NCBI GenBank assembly: GCA_965243555.1
Contig: OZ251575.1
Span: forward strand, 3,685,880 to 3,749,879
Direction: 5' to 3'
From: Spirochaetia bacterium
Lineage (GTDB): Bacteria; Spirochaetota; Spirochaetia; SZUA-6; Bin103
Length of the DNA stretch: 64,000 bases
Numbering within the stretch: position 1 is the stretch's first letter; every line of letters starts with the position of its first letter. Under the pieces are notes generated by a model that saw only the letters and a list, made by a program, of their open reading frames with translations, searched no databases and was not told the origin of the DNA. Below are positions 1-9,551 of this stretch, piece after piece. The translations under genes were made by a program, and so were the position numbers.

Positions 1-2
1 CG

Positions 3-236
3 TCAGTCAAGGATCTCCAGAACCACGCGCTTGCCGGTCTTGGTGGCGGAGGCACTCAGAATCGTGCGAATCGACTTGGCGATGCGGCCATGCTTGCCGA
101 TCACCTTGCCGAGATCGCCGCCGGCGACGCGCAGTTCCAGAATCGTCGACTTCTCGCCTTCGATCACGTTCACCACGACCTCGTCCGGCTCGTCCACCAA
201 CGATCGCGCGATGAATTCTACCAGCTCCTTTTCCAC
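3..236 (-). CDS. KH-domain RNA-binding protein (YlqC/UPF0109-like)
   Basis: 77 aa; the '[18 protein letters not shown]' KH motif; sits directly downstream of rpsP in the conserved ffh-rpsP-KH arrangement. Confidence 0.7.
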   Translation of the reverse strand: MEKELVEFIARSLVDEPDEVVVNVIEGEKSTILELRVAGGDLGKVIGKHGRIAKSIRTILSASATKTGKRVVLEILD

Positions 237-296
237 CTGATGCTCCTTGCCTGGGGTACGATGGCCGCGCGCGGCAGGGGTGTGCCCCGGCGGGCG

Positions 297-554
297 CTAG
301 CCGCTGGTAATCCGAACGTCCTTCTTGTTCAGAAGGCGCCGGACGGTCGGGCTGGGGCGCGCTCCGCGCTGCAGCCAGGCGCGTATCCGCTCCTCGTCGA
401 TGCGGATCTGCTGCTCCTCCGGCTCGATGGGATGGTACAGGCCGACCTCCTCGAGGGCGCGGCCGTCGCGGGGAGCGCGGGAATCCATGACCACCATCCG
501 ATAGTAGGGGCGCTTCCTGGTCCCGAAGCGCTTCAAGCGTATCTTGACACTCAA
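297..554 (-). CDS. rpsP: 30S ribosomal protein S16
   Basis: 85 aa beginning 'MSVKIRLKRFG..KRPYYRMVV', typical of S16; sits between ffh and the KH protein. Confidence 0.9.
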   Translation of the reverse strand: MSVKIRLKRFGTRKRPYYRMVVMDSRAPRDGRALEEVGLYHPIEPEEQQIRIDEERIRAWLQRGARPSPTVRRLLNKKDVRITSG

Positions 555-578
555 TCTGATCTGACTCCTCGGCGGCGT

Positions 579-1910
579 TCAGCCGCCCAACTGCGCCGCC
601 ATTTGTTGCTGCAGCTTCTTGTTCCTGGTCATCTTCTTCATCGCCAGCGCCATCTTGTCGAACCTGCGCACCAGCCGGTTCACCTCCGACACCGAGGTGC
701 CGCTGCCGCGCGCCACCCGCTTGCGCCGGCTGGGGCCGAGGATGCGCGGGTTTTCCCGTTCGCCGGGGGTCATGGAGAGCATGATCGCCTCCTCCCGCCG
801 CAACCCCTTCTCGTTGACCGCCCCGGAGGCGACCGCCGACTGCATGCCCGGCACCTTCTCGAGTACCGAAGTCAAGCTGCCCATCCGGCGCATCTCGACG
901 AGCTGCTCCAGATAGTCGGCCATGGTGAAGCGGCGGCGCTTCATCTTGCGCACCAGCCGTTGCGCCCGTTCCTGGTCGAAGGTCTCCTGCGCCTGCTCGA
1001 CCAGCGTGACGACGTCGCCCATCCCCAGAATCCGGGATGCCATCCGGTCGGGAAAGAACGGCTCCAACGCCGCGTGCGACTCGCCGGTACCGACGAACTT
1101 GATCGGCTTGCCGGTAGCCTCGCGAATCGACAGCGCCGCACCGCCGCGCGTATCGGAGTCCAACTTACTAAGAATGACTCCGCTGAGTCCCACCAGGCGA
1201 TCAAATTCTCCGGCCACCTCGACGGCGCTCTGGCCGGTCATGGCGTCGGCCACCAGCAACGTCTCCTGCGGCGCCGCGGCGGCATGGATGTCGCGCAGCT
1301 CGGCCATCAGTTCGGCGTCCACCTGCAGCCGTCCGGCGCTGTCGACCAGCGCCACGTCGCAGCCGAGCTCGCGCGCGCGGCGCAGCCCGCCGCGCGCCAC
1401 CGCCACCGCGGCGGCGCCGGGGGAGCCGGTGAACACCGGCACCTCCAGCGCGGCGCCGAGCTGCTGCAACTGCTCGACCGCGGCCGGGCGTACCCGGTCG
1501 GCGGCGATCAGCAGCGGCTTGCGGCCCTGCCCGCTCAGATAGTGCGCCAGCTTGGCGGTGGTGGTGGTCTTGCCCGATCCCTGCAGCCCGACCAGGAGAA
1601 TCACGGTCAGGGTGTCCGGGCCCTTGAGCGCCAGCTCGGACCGCGCCCCGCCCAGCAGGCCGGTCATGCGTTCCAGCACGATCTTGGTGAACTGCTGCCC
1701 GGGGGACACGTCGCGCAGCACGCGCGCGCCGAGGGCCTCCTCGGTGGTGCGGTTGACGAACCGGCGCACGACCCGCAGATTTACGTCCGCTTCGAGCAGG
1801 GCTACCTTGATCTCGCCGACGGCATCGCGGATGTTCTTCTCGGTGACGTGGGCCTTGCCGGAGACCTGGCGCATCACGTCCCCCAGCTTGTTGGTGAGCC
1901 CGTCGAACAT
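579..1910 (-). CDS. ffh: Signal recognition particle protein Ffh
   Basis: 443 aa. N-terminal 'MFDGLTNKL..', the SRP54 GTPase motifs ('GLQGSGKTTT', 'DSAGR'), and an M-domain rich in Met/Arg/Gly. Confidence 0.95.
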   Translation of the reverse strand: MFDGLTNKLGDVMRQVSGKAHVTEKNIRDAVGEIKVALLEADVNLRVVRRFVNRTTEEALGARVLRDVSPGQQFTKIVLERMTGLLGGARSELALKGPDTLTVILLVGLQGSGKTTTTAKLAHYLSGQGRKPLLIAADRVRPAAVEQLQQLGAALEVPVFTGSPGAAAVAVARGGLRRARELGCDVALVDSAGRLQVDAELMAELRDIHAAAAPQETLLVADAMTGQSAVEVAGEFDRLVGLSGVILSKLDSDTRGGAALSIREATGKPIKFVGTGESHAALEPFFPDRMASRILGMGDVVTLVEQAQETFDQERAQRLVRKMKRRRFTMADYLEQLVEMRRMGSLTSVLEKVPGMQSAVASGAVNEKGLRREEAIMLSMTPGERENPRILGPSRRKRVARGSGTSVSEVNRLVRRFDKMALAMKKMTRNKKLQQQMAAQLGG

Positions 1911-1989
1911 AGGTGTACTGATATAGCCGTCCCGTTATCCCCGTGTCAACGTGGAATTTTGCGGTCGATGCCGCCGCCGGGCTTCCCGG

Positions 1990-2018
1990 TTTACCGGCGC
2001 CGCGCGGTTCCGGTATCA
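1990..2018 (+). promoter_or_regulatory. Putative sigma70-like promoter (TTTACC, 18-nt spacer, TATCAT) upstream of the S41 protease gene
   Basis: Hexamers read directly in the divergent intergenic region; purely a sequence-pattern call. Confidence 0.25.
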
Positions 2019-2063
2019 TTGGCGCAGGCGTCAGCCCCGCCGGCCGGCGCCGGGGCTTGAACT

Positions 2064-3386
2064 ATGTCCGCGCGCACTACCCGCACCACCCCCGCCCTCC
2101 TGGCCGCGCTGCCGCTGATCGCGTTGCTCGCCGGCTGCGGCTCGCGTGACGAGCCGGCGGCGGAGAAGGCGCCGTTCACGGTCGCCGAGCAGGCGCAGAC
2201 GGTACGCAGCCAGGAGAGCAGCGACCCCACCCAGTCGCTGCTCAGCGTGCAGCTTCGCACCTTCGACGAGCTGATCGGCGCGCTGCGCGAGCACTACGTG
2301 TACAGCGAGCATCACGCGGTGCCGTGGGACGACCTGGAAAGCCGCTACCGCACCAAGGTGCTCGGTCTGCTGCGCGGCAACGAGTTTCCCGACGTGGTGC
2401 GGGAGATGATCGCCGAACTGCCGCCGGACGCGGCGACGTGGCAGTCGCGCGACGAACGCATCGACCTGCAATCCTCCGACGCCCGCACCTACGAGGGCAT
2501 CGGCGCCTACATTGCCTTCCGCGCCGAACCGGCGCCGCGCGTCATTCTGTTGTCGGTGCTGCCCGGCTCGCCCGCGGCCCAGGCCGGGTTGCGCGACCAC
2601 GACAGCCTGCTGGCGGTGGACGGCATCCCGGTGCGCCGCGAAGAGGGCGAAGAGGTGGTGACGCGCATTCGCGGGCCTGCCGGTTCGGTGGTGACCCTCA
2701 GCGTGCGCTCCCCGAACAAGCCGCCGCGCGACGTGGCGGTGACCCGCGGCCGGGTGCAGCTCACCGACGGAGCCAACCGCGTGCGCTACGCGCTGCTGCC
2801 CGAAGCCGACGTCGGCTATCTCCTGCTGCCGCGCCAGACCACGCCGGCGCTGGCCGGCGAAGTGGCCCAGGCGCTCCGCCTCCTGACCCAACAGACGGCG
2901 CTGCGCGGGGTGATCCTGGATCTGCGGATCGCGGCGCTGGGCGGCGGCTGGCCGCTGGACGAGATGCTCACCCTGTTCGGCGACGGCTCCCTGGGCGAGA
3001 TGTACTCCACCAAGGAGACCATGCCGGTGGTGGTGACGGGGCAGGACGTGGCCGGTTCGCAGTCCCTGCCGCTGGCGTTGCTGGTCGGCCCCGACACCGA
3101 GGGCCTGCCGGAGATTTTCGCCGCCGCGCTGCAGAGCAGCGGGCGCGCCGTCCTGTTCGGCGCCCGCACCGCCGGCGACATCGAACGCAACCATTTGGTA
3201 CAGCTCCCGGACGGCTCGCGGGTGCTGATTGCCAGTACCTCGTACCGCACCGCGGGCGGCCTGGACGTGGGCCTCGGCGGCCTGGAACCGAACCTCCCGG
3301 TGCGAGTCGATTGGGACGCGGTTACCGAGCAGGCGGATCCGGTGCGCGACGCGTCACAGTCGGCGCTGCTGCGGGTGGGCGGTTGA
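2064..3386 (+). CDS. C-terminal processing (tail-specific) peptidase, S41 family, with PDZ domain; lipoprotein
   Basis: 440 aa. Signal peptide with lipobox ('LLAGC'), a PDZ segment ('LLSVLPGSPAAQAGLRDHDSLLAVDG') and the S41 core ('ILDLR...GG'). Confidence 0.85.
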   Translation: MSARTTRTTPALLAALPLIALLAGCGSRDEPAAEKAPFTVAEQAQTVRSQESSDPTQSLLSVQLRTFDELIGALREHYVYSEHHAVPWDDLESRYRTKVLGLLRGNEFPDVVREMIAELPPDAATWQSRDERIDLQSSDARTYEGIGAYIAFRAEPAPRVILLSVLPGSPAAQAGLRDHDSLLAVDGIPVRREEGEEVVTRIRGPAGSVVTLSVRSPNKPPRDVAVTRGRVQLTDGANRVRYALLPEADVGYLLLPRQTTPALAGEVAQALRLLTQQTALRGVILDLRIAALGGGWPLDEMLTLFGDGSLGEMYSTKETMPVVVTGQDVAGSQSLPLALLVGPDTEGLPEIFAAALQSSGRAVLFGARTAGDIERNHLVQLPDGSRVLIASTSYRTAGGLDVGLGGLEPNLPVRVDWDAVTEQADPVRDASQSALLRVGG

Positions 3387-4756
3387 TGCGCGCCCGCCGG
3401 GGGCGCGGCGCCCCGGCGCGCCGCGCCGCGCCGCGGGCGCGGGCGGTGCGGCGCGGGCGCCAGGCCGGCGCGGGGCTGCTGGCGCTCGGCGCGCTGCTGC
3501 TGGCGGCCTGCTCCCGCGACGAGGTGACCATCGGCCAGAGCCCGCTGCTGCGCTTCGTGGAACCGAAGTCGGGCCGCATCGCGGTGATGGGCACCGACGG
3601 CAACATCTACACCATGGATCAGGCCGGGGGCGCGCTGGTGGCGGTAACCGAAGACGCCGTCGTGCGCGACGAAACCCAGGGATTGGTCCGCTACTACCAG
3701 TTTCCCGCCTGGGCGCCCGACGACTCGCGCCTGGCGTTCGTCGGCTACCAGGGCAACGACCGCTTCGCCACCACCACCAGCGTGTTCACCACGGCGCCGG
3801 ACGGCTCCAACGTGGTGCAGGCGTTCTCCAGCGGGCAGTACATGCCGCGCAACCTCTACTGGTCGCCGGACGGCGAGTGGCTCACCTTTCTCACCTCCAC
3901 CACCGGCAGCACCGCGTCGGCGCTGCAGATGGTGCCGGCCGCGGGCGGCGAGGCTACCCGCCTGGACGCCGGCAACCCGTTCTACTGGTCGTGGGCGCCG
4001 GATGGGCGCACCATCGTCGTGCACGCCGGGGGCGCGGGAATGGCCTACCGCTCGCGGCTCGCCTTTCTCAACGTCGACGGCGTGATCTACGAAGAGGGGA
4101 TGGCGTTGCGCCCCGCCGTGTTCCAGGCTCCCGCGTGGTCGCCGGACGGCACGCGCCTGCTGGTGGCGGCGCAGGCGGGCGACCAGGCCGAGCTGGTGGT
4201 GACCAACCGCGACGGTTCGCTGTACCGGGTGCTGGCCCGCGCCAGCGCCGCCTTTGCCTTCGCCTGGTCGCCGGACGGCCGCAAGGTGGCCTACGTGGCG
4301 CGCGACCGCGGCGAGTCGGGCCTGGTGGCGGACCTGGCGGTGATCGACCCGGAGGCGCGCGGCGCCGAGCCGGAGCTGCTCACCGAGGAGAGTTTCGTGC
4401 TGGGCTTCTTCTGGTCGCCGGACAGCCGGAAGATCGCCTACTTCGTGCCGGGCACCTACGTCAATCCCGAGGACGAGGAGCAGCAGACCATCTTTCTGAC
4501 CCTGCACGTAAACGACCTGCGCCGGCAGACGACCCGCGAAATTCACAGCTTTATCCCCACCTCGCAGTTCATGGCCGTGGTGCAGCAGTTCGATCAGTTC
4601 TACCTGGCGACCCGGGTGTGGTCGCCGGACAGCCGCAACATCCTGTTCGCGGCGCTGTCGCAGCAAGGCCCCGGGATCATGGTGGCGAAGGCGGACGGCA
4701 ACATTGCCCCGCGCCGGGTTACCGACGGCCTGATCGGCTTCTGGTCTTGGCGCTGA
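3386..4756 (+). CDS. PD40/TolB-like beta-propeller lipoprotein
   Basis: The ATG overlaps the upstream stop (ATGA). Arg-rich leader plus lipobox 'LLAAC'. 'W(S/A)PDG' propeller blades recur several times. The track ORF 2324..4756 carries a spurious N-terminal extension. Confidence 0.75.
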   Translation: MRARRGRGAPARRAAPRARAVRRGRQAGAGLLALGALLLAACSRDEVTIGQSPLLRFVEPKSGRIAVMGTDGNIYTMDQAGGALVAVTEDAVVRDETQGLVRYYQFPAWAPDDSRLAFVGYQGNDRFATTTSVFTTAPDGSNVVQAFSSGQYMPRNLYWSPDGEWLTFLTSTTGSTASALQMVPAAGGEATRLDAGNPFYWSWAPDGRTIVVHAGGAGMAYRSRLAFLNVDGVIYEEGMALRPAVFQAPAWSPDGTRLLVAAQAGDQAELVVTNRDGSLYRVLARASAAFAFAWSPDGRKVAYVARDRGESGLVADLAVIDPEARGAEPELLTEESFVLGFFWSPDSRKIAYFVPGTYVNPEDEEQQTIFLTLHVNDLRRQTTREIHSFIPTSQFMAVVQQFDQFYLATRVWSPDSRNILFAALSQQGPGIMVAKADGNIAPRRVTDGLIGFWSWR

Positions 4757-4896
4757 GGCGGGCGCGGGCGGCAACGGGGGCCGGCGGCCGCCGGGGCGCG
4801 GCCCACACCGCCGCCGCCCGCCGCACCACGCCTCATCGCACCACTGCCCGCCGCGCCACCGCCCGCGTGACTACCGCCCGCGCCCGCCGCGCCACG

Positions 4897-6234
4897 GTGC
4901 GCCGAGCCCTCCTGCCGGTGGCGCTGGCCGCGCTGGCCGGGGTGCTGCTGGCCGGGTGCGGGGAACGGCGGCTGCAGCTCCAGGCCAGCCCGCTGCTGCC
5001 GGCGCTGCAGCGCAGCGCCGGGCGCATCGGCTTTATCGGCCCGGACGGCAACGTGTACCGCATCGCGCAGAGCGGCGGCGAGCCGACGCCGGTGACCTCC
5101 GACGCCGGCGCCAACCGCGCGGAGCGCACCGCGGTGGCCTACCTGCAGCCCACCTGGGCGCCGGACGGCCGGCGCTTGGCGTTCGCCCGCACCGCGGTGA
5201 CCGGCCGCCGAACCATGCAGGCCTCGATCTGGGTGGCCGGCCGCGGCAACGACCCGCCCCGCGAGGTGTTCAGCACCAGTTCCCTGCGCCCCATCTATCT
5301 CTACTGGTCACCCGACGGCGAGCAACTCAGCGTGCTGTCGCAGCCGCTGGGCTCGGCCGAGCTGGAGCTGGGCGTCATCGCGTCGGACCAAGCGCCGGAC
5401 CGGGAGGCGTACCGGCCGCTGGACCAGGGGCAGCCCTACTACTGGAGCTGGCTGCCGGACACCAGCGCGCTGGTGGCGCACGTGGGCGGCGACGTGCGCC
5501 TCAACGCCGCGGCGCGCCTGTCGCTGGTGCCCCTCGACCCGTTGCGCAGCAAGTCCGACTTCAACCTGGCGCCGACCGCCTTCCAGTCGCCGGCGGTGTC
5601 GCCGGACGGCCGCTACCTGGCGTTCGTGACCACCACCGCGAACGGCGCCGGCCTGGTGGCGCGCGAGATTGAGGGGCCGGGCGAGCAACTGCTCACCGAG
5701 GTGCCGGCCTTCGCCTACTTTGCCTACGCGCCGCGCGGCGACCGCATCGCGGTGCTGAAGAGCGCCACCCCGGGGCCGGCCGCGGACGGCCAACTGTCGA
5801 TCATCGAAACCGGCAGCGGGAGCGAGACGCCGCTGCCGCATAACGACGTGATCGCCTTCTTCTGGGCGCCGAACGGGCAGCGCATCGCCTATCTGGTGCC
5901 GGCGCGCGCCGACGCCGAACAGGGGTTGGAGCTGGATCCGCGGTTTGCCCGCGAGCCGCGGTTGTTCTACGCCGAGTTGCGGGTGGCCGACGTGCGGCGC
6001 GGTAATTCGTGGCGGGTGGTGCAGTTCCCCCTGAGCGAGGGGTTTTTGCGTTTGCACCTGCCGTTCTTCGATCAGTACCTGCGCTCGACCTCGATCTGGT
6101 CGCCCAACAGCCGCTTCCTGACCTACGCCGCGCTCACCGCCGCCGGCCCGCCCGGCATCTTCGTTTCCGCGGCCAGCGGCACGCTGCGGCCGCAGTTCGT
6201 GGCCGCCGGCGACCTGGCCACCTGGTCGCCCTGA
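4897..6234 (+). CDS. PD40/TolB-like beta-propeller lipoprotein, paralog of the upstream gene
   Basis: In-frame GTG at 4897 (an alternative GTG lies at 4867). Lipobox 'LLAGC'. Same W(S/A)PDG repeat architecture. Lies inside the long track ORF 3229..6234. Confidence 0.7.
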   Translation: MRRALLPVALAALAGVLLAGCGERRLQLQASPLLPALQRSAGRIGFIGPDGNVYRIAQSGGEPTPVTSDAGANRAERTAVAYLQPTWAPDGRRLAFARTAVTGRRTMQASIWVAGRGNDPPREVFSTSSLRPIYLYWSPDGEQLSVLSQPLGSAELELGVIASDQAPDREAYRPLDQGQPYYWSWLPDTSALVAHVGGDVRLNAAARLSLVPLDPLRSKSDFNLAPTAFQSPAVSPDGRYLAFVTTTANGAGLVAREIEGPGEQLLTEVPAFAYFAYAPRGDRIAVLKSATPGPAADGQLSIIETGSGSETPLPHNDVIAFFWAPNGQRIAYLVPARADAEQGLELDPRFAREPRLFYAELRVADVRRGNSWRVVQFPLSEGFLRLHLPFFDQYLRSTSIWSPNSRFLTYAALTAAGPPGIFVSAASGTLRPQFVAAGDLATWSP

Positions 6235-6271
6235 GGCGGCCGCTGCCGCGGGCCGCGCGGCCGGCAGCGCG

Positions 6272-8269
6272 TTACCCGGCGGCGGATTCCTCCGGCCGGT
6301 CGCCGTGCTCCTTGGCCGGCAACGGCGCCGCCGCGGTCTCGGCAGCCGCGACTTCAGCCGCCGCCGGGGCCTCCGCGGGCGGCGCCTCCGGCGCTACCGG
6401 CGGGGGCGGCAGCAGCTCGGGCGGCGCCTCCGGCTTGTTGGGGCCGAGGATGGCGAGCACCTGCTTGGTACTGAGCGAATTGTGGTCCATCAGGTTTTCC
6501 GCCAGCGCGAGCAGCTCCGCCCGGTGGTCGCGCAGCAGCCGTTCGGTGCGCTCCTGCAGGTCGAGCCACATGCGCCGCAACGAGGCCTGGGCGTCGCGGT
6601 CGGCCACCGCGCCGCCGGTAGAGTCGCGCCCGGTGCGCCAATCCACCACCGGCGGGCCAAAGTAGCCCTCGTTGTAGAGCCGCCACAGCCGCTCCCGCAC
6701 CATCGGGTAGTCGCCGCCGGAGGCGCCGGTGTAGGACTCGCCGAGCACCACCCGCATCGCGGCCTGACCCGCCATGCACACCATCATGTCGCGCACGATG
6801 CGGCTCAGCGGCTGCGAGAAGATCTCCACCTCGTCCATCGGCAGCACGAAGCCGAGGGCGTCGCCGCGGCGCACGATGGTGATGTGAGCGATGCGGGTGT
6901 CGGGCATCAGGTAGTGCTGCGCCACCGCGTGGCCGGCCTCGTGCACGGCCACCTCCCAGCGCTGCCGGTCCTGCATCTCCTCAATCGGGTTCTCGATGCC
7001 CGTGTACTGCTGCAGGAACGCCTTCTCGATATCCTCCTGCGACACCGCGGAACGGTGGTCGAACAGGGCGATGCGCACCGCGTCCTTGGTGATGGCGGCC
7101 ATGATCTGCGCCGGGGTTGCCGCGCGGTTGTTCATGACGATCGCCTCGACGTCGACCGAGTCGTCGTGGTTCACGGTGCGCAGGTAGCCGTCCACGATCT
7201 CGCGGCGGCCGGTGCGGTCCGGCAGGTCCACCTTGATGAGTTGATCGAACCGTCCGGGCCGCTTCAGGGCCGGGTCCAGCACGTCGGGCCGGTTGGTGGA
7301 GCCCATGAACAGCACGTGCCAGTTACGGTCGGGCGGCTTCCTGCCCATGATCTGGAACAGCTTGCCCTTGAGCTTTTCCTTGAGGGTCTTGCTGTCGATG
7401 CCGTCCATCTCGTAGAGCAGGCGGGTCAGGGCGCCGGTGCCGGCGCCCATCATGCCGCCCATGCCGGCGCCGCCGTCACCGCCGCCGCCGCCCATCACCC
7501 CGCCGCGGCTCTGGCCCACCGCGTCGATCTCGTCGATGTAGGCGATGGCCGCGCCGTAGCGCTGCGCCAGCCGGCGCGCCTTGCGGATGAACCAGATCAT
7601 CTTCATCACGTCCACGCCCCAGAACATGGCGCGGAAACCCGATCCCTCGATCGACAGGAAGGCGACCCCGGCCTCGCCGGCCATTGCCTTGGCGAGCATG
7701 GTCTTGCCGGTGCCGGGGGGGCCGTAGAGCAGCAAACCGTTGATGTAGCGGCCGCCCATCTCCACGAACTGCTGGCGGTCGGAGAGCAGGCCCAGCCACT
7801 GGCGCACCAGCCGCTTGAGGCGCGGCTGCCCCCAGTAGTCGTCGAAGGTGATGATCTTGGGGTCCTCGGGCCGGATGCGCTCGATCTTGGAGCGCGACAT
7901 GAACCAGAACAGCGACCCGAACTGGACCAGCATGAACAGGATCGCGAACAGGAGCTGGCCCACGAAGCCAAGGAGCTGCAGGAAGATGTTGAGCAGCGTC
8001 TCGTTGGACCAGATCAGGACCGCGGCGCCCACCACCACCACCAGGGGCACCACCTTGCGGATGAGCTGGCGCATCTTCTTGGTCAGGCGGCGCTGCTGCT
8101 TGACCACCTCGATGCGGTGCTTGACCAGGTCGGGCACCCGCACGTTCTGCCAGAAGCTCGGCTGCTTGGCGGCGGGCGGACTGCCGTTCTGGGCCGCGCT
8201 CGGCTCTCCCGCGCCTGGCGGGGTTTGCGGACTCTCGGCGCCGCGCTCTTCGTTGGGCTTGTCGGACAT
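6272..8269 (-). CDS. FtsH-like AAA+ zinc metalloprotease, atypical
   Basis: Start 'MSDKPNEE' follows a GGAGAGGAAG ribosome-binding site. Two closely spaced transmembrane helices, AAA Walker A 'GPPGTGKT', the SRH region, M41 'HEAGHAV', a Gly-rich insert and a Pro/Ala-rich C-terminal tail. Confidence 0.8.
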   Translation of the reverse strand: MSDKPNEERGAESPQTPPGAGEPSAAQNGSPPAAKQPSFWQNVRVPDLVKHRIEVVKQQRRLTKKMRQLIRKVVPLVVVVGAAVLIWSNETLLNIFLQLLGFVGQLLFAILFMLVQFGSLFWFMSRSKIERIRPEDPKIITFDDYWGQPRLKRLVRQWLGLLSDRQQFVEMGGRYINGLLLYGPPGTGKTMLAKAMAGEAGVAFLSIEGSGFRAMFWGVDVMKMIWFIRKARRLAQRYGAAIAYIDEIDAVGQSRGGVMGGGGGDGGAGMGGMMGAGTGALTRLLYEMDGIDSKTLKEKLKGKLFQIMGRKPPDRNWHVLFMGSTNRPDVLDPALKRPGRFDQLIKVDLPDRTGRREIVDGYLRTVNHDDSVDVEAIVMNNRAATPAQIMAAITKDAVRIALFDHRSAVSQEDIEKAFLQQYTGIENPIEEMQDRQRWEVAVHEAGHAVAQHYLMPDTRIAHITIVRRGDALGFVLPMDEVEIFSQPLSRIVRDMMVCMAGQAAMRVVLGESYTGASGGDYPMVRERLWRLYNEGYFGPPVVDWRTGRDSTGGAVADRDAQASLRRMWLDLQERTERLLRDHRAELLALAENLMDHNSLSTKQVLAILGPNKPEAPPELLPPPPVAPEAPPAEAPAAAEVAAAETAAAPLPAKEHGDRPEESAAG

Positions 8270-8480
8270 ACTTCCTCTCCAGCGCCGCCGGTCGGCGGCA
8301 CTCACGGACAACGGTAGATAATCTACCAGATTTTGCCGCCTAGACAAGGGCGCGCGCGCAGTAAGGCCGCAGTCGCCGCGAAGCCCTTGCGCTGAGCGCC
8401 CGGCCGTGCTACAAGGCGGACGGTTGCCGGCACGTAATTTTGAGACCGCAGGCCTCCTGCAGGCGGCGGAGGAGCGGCAT

Positions 8481-8738
8481 ATGGCGCAACGCGGGGAGTT
8501 GTTCAGCTCGCGCGCGGACACGGCGAAACGGACCTATTTCTTCAACGTCAAGGAAAACCGCACCGGCGATCTGTTTCTCAACATCGTCGAGAGCCGCAAG
8601 CGGGCGGCGGGCCCCGGCGGCGCGGGGCGCGGCTTCGAGCGCCAGTCGCTGATGGTGTACGAGGAGGACCTGGCGGCGTTCGTCGACGCCTTCGACGAGG
8701 CCGTGGAGTTCGCCCGCCGCCGCCTCGGGCGGCGCTGA
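8481..8738 (+). CDS. PurA-like ssDNA/RNA-binding protein (DUF3276 family)
   Basis: 85 aa from an ATG preceded by GGAGGAG. 'KRTYFFNVKENRTGDLFLNIVESRKR' and 'LMVYEEDLAAFVDAFDEAVEF' match my recollection of bacterial Pur-alpha-like proteins. Confidence 0.55.
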   Translation: MAQRGELFSSRADTAKRTYFFNVKENRTGDLFLNIVESRKRAAGPGGAGRGFERQSLMVYEEDLAAFVDAFDEAVEFARRRLGRR

Positions 8739-8786
8739 CCACACCATTCCGCCGCCGGGCGCGGCCGCCGCGGGCCGCGCCGGTGT

Positions 8787-9341
8787 TCAGGAATCGATGC
8801 GGAACGAGTGGCGGTGAATCGGCGAGCGGCCGTGCAGGCGCACCAGGAAGCGGTGGCGCGGCGTGGCGTAGCCCTTGTGCTCCCGGAAGCGGTAGGCCGG
8901 CTCGATGCGCCCATAGCGGGTCATAAAGCGGTCGCGCTCGGTCTTGGCGATGATTGAGGCGGCCATGATCTCCGGCACCAGCGCGTCTCCCTTGACGATT
9001 GCCCGGCACGGCACGGTGAGCGGCAGGCGAAAGCGGCCGTCGATCAGCACCTCGCCGGGCTGCACCGGCAGGGCGCGTAGCGCGCGCCACATGGCCAGCA
9101 GCGACGCGTTGTGGATGTTGACGCGGTCGATTTCCTCGGCGGAGCACCAGCCGGTGGCCCAGGCCGTTGCCCGGTGCCGGATTACCGCGCCGGCGGCGGC
9201 GCGCTCCTCGGCGGTCATTTGCTTCGAGTCGTTCAGGTGGGCCACCGGAAACCCGCGCGGCAGCACCACCGCGGCGGCGGTAACCGGTCCGGCGAGCGGG
9301 CCGCGGCCGGCCTCGTCGATACCGCAACGCAGTACTGCCAC
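8787..9341 (-). CDS. rnhB: Ribonuclease HII
   Basis: 184 aa carrying 'GIDEAGRGPLAGPV' and 'DSK' active-site motifs. Confidence 0.9.
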   Translation of the reverse strand: MAVLRCGIDEAGRGPLAGPVTAAAVVLPRGFPVAHLNDSKQMTAEERAAAGAVIRHRATAWATGWCSAEEIDRVNIHNASLLAMWRALRALPVQPGEVLIDGRFRLPLTVPCRAIVKGDALVPEIMAASIIAKTERDRFMTRYGRIEPAYRFREHKGYATPRHRFLVRLHGRSPIHRHSFRIDS

Positions 9342-9505
9342 CCCGCCAGCATAACCGGCGCGCCCGCGCTTGCCAGCGGCGGCCCCCGCCGCCCGCCGCT
9401 CGTCCGCCCGCCGCGATCAATCGGCGCCGGCGCCGTCCGCCACCTGCCCGTAGCGCGTCGACCGCGTCCCCGCCGCCCCGCGCGCCCGCCCGGCGCCGCC
9501 GCGCG

Positions 9506-9534
9506 TTGACCGCGCCGCGCCGCCGGTGTACAGT
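9506..9534 (+). promoter_or_regulatory. Putative promoter (TTGACC, 17-nt spacer, TACAGT) upstream of smc
   Basis: Hexamers read directly about 20 bp upstream of the smc start. Confidence 0.3.
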
Positions 9535-9551
9535 CACCGGCGAACTGGGAG

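Noticed and set aside
90-2060. 656-aa plus-strand ORF antisense to rpsP and ffh
   Set aside because: Gly/Ala/Arg/Leu-rich low-complexity translation with no motifs. The opposite strand encodes unmistakable Ffh and S16. This is a typical high-GC antisense artefact.
2324-4756. 810-aa ORF appearing to fuse upstream sequence with the PD40 protein
   Set aside because: The N-terminal 350 residues are an Arg/Pro/Gly-rich read-through of the S41 protease gene in another frame. The real gene starts at the ATG at 3386, overlapping the upstream stop.
2816-4774. 652-aa minus-strand ORF and similar long antisense ORFs (2031..3194, 9534..11195, 12379..14559, 14513..16219, 16639..17721, 22084..24207, 23010..25220, 25334..26926, 43933..46932, 52613..57346)
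   Set aside because: All lie opposite genes with strong family signatures and translate to compositionally biased sequence. High GC content suppresses stop codons on every frame.
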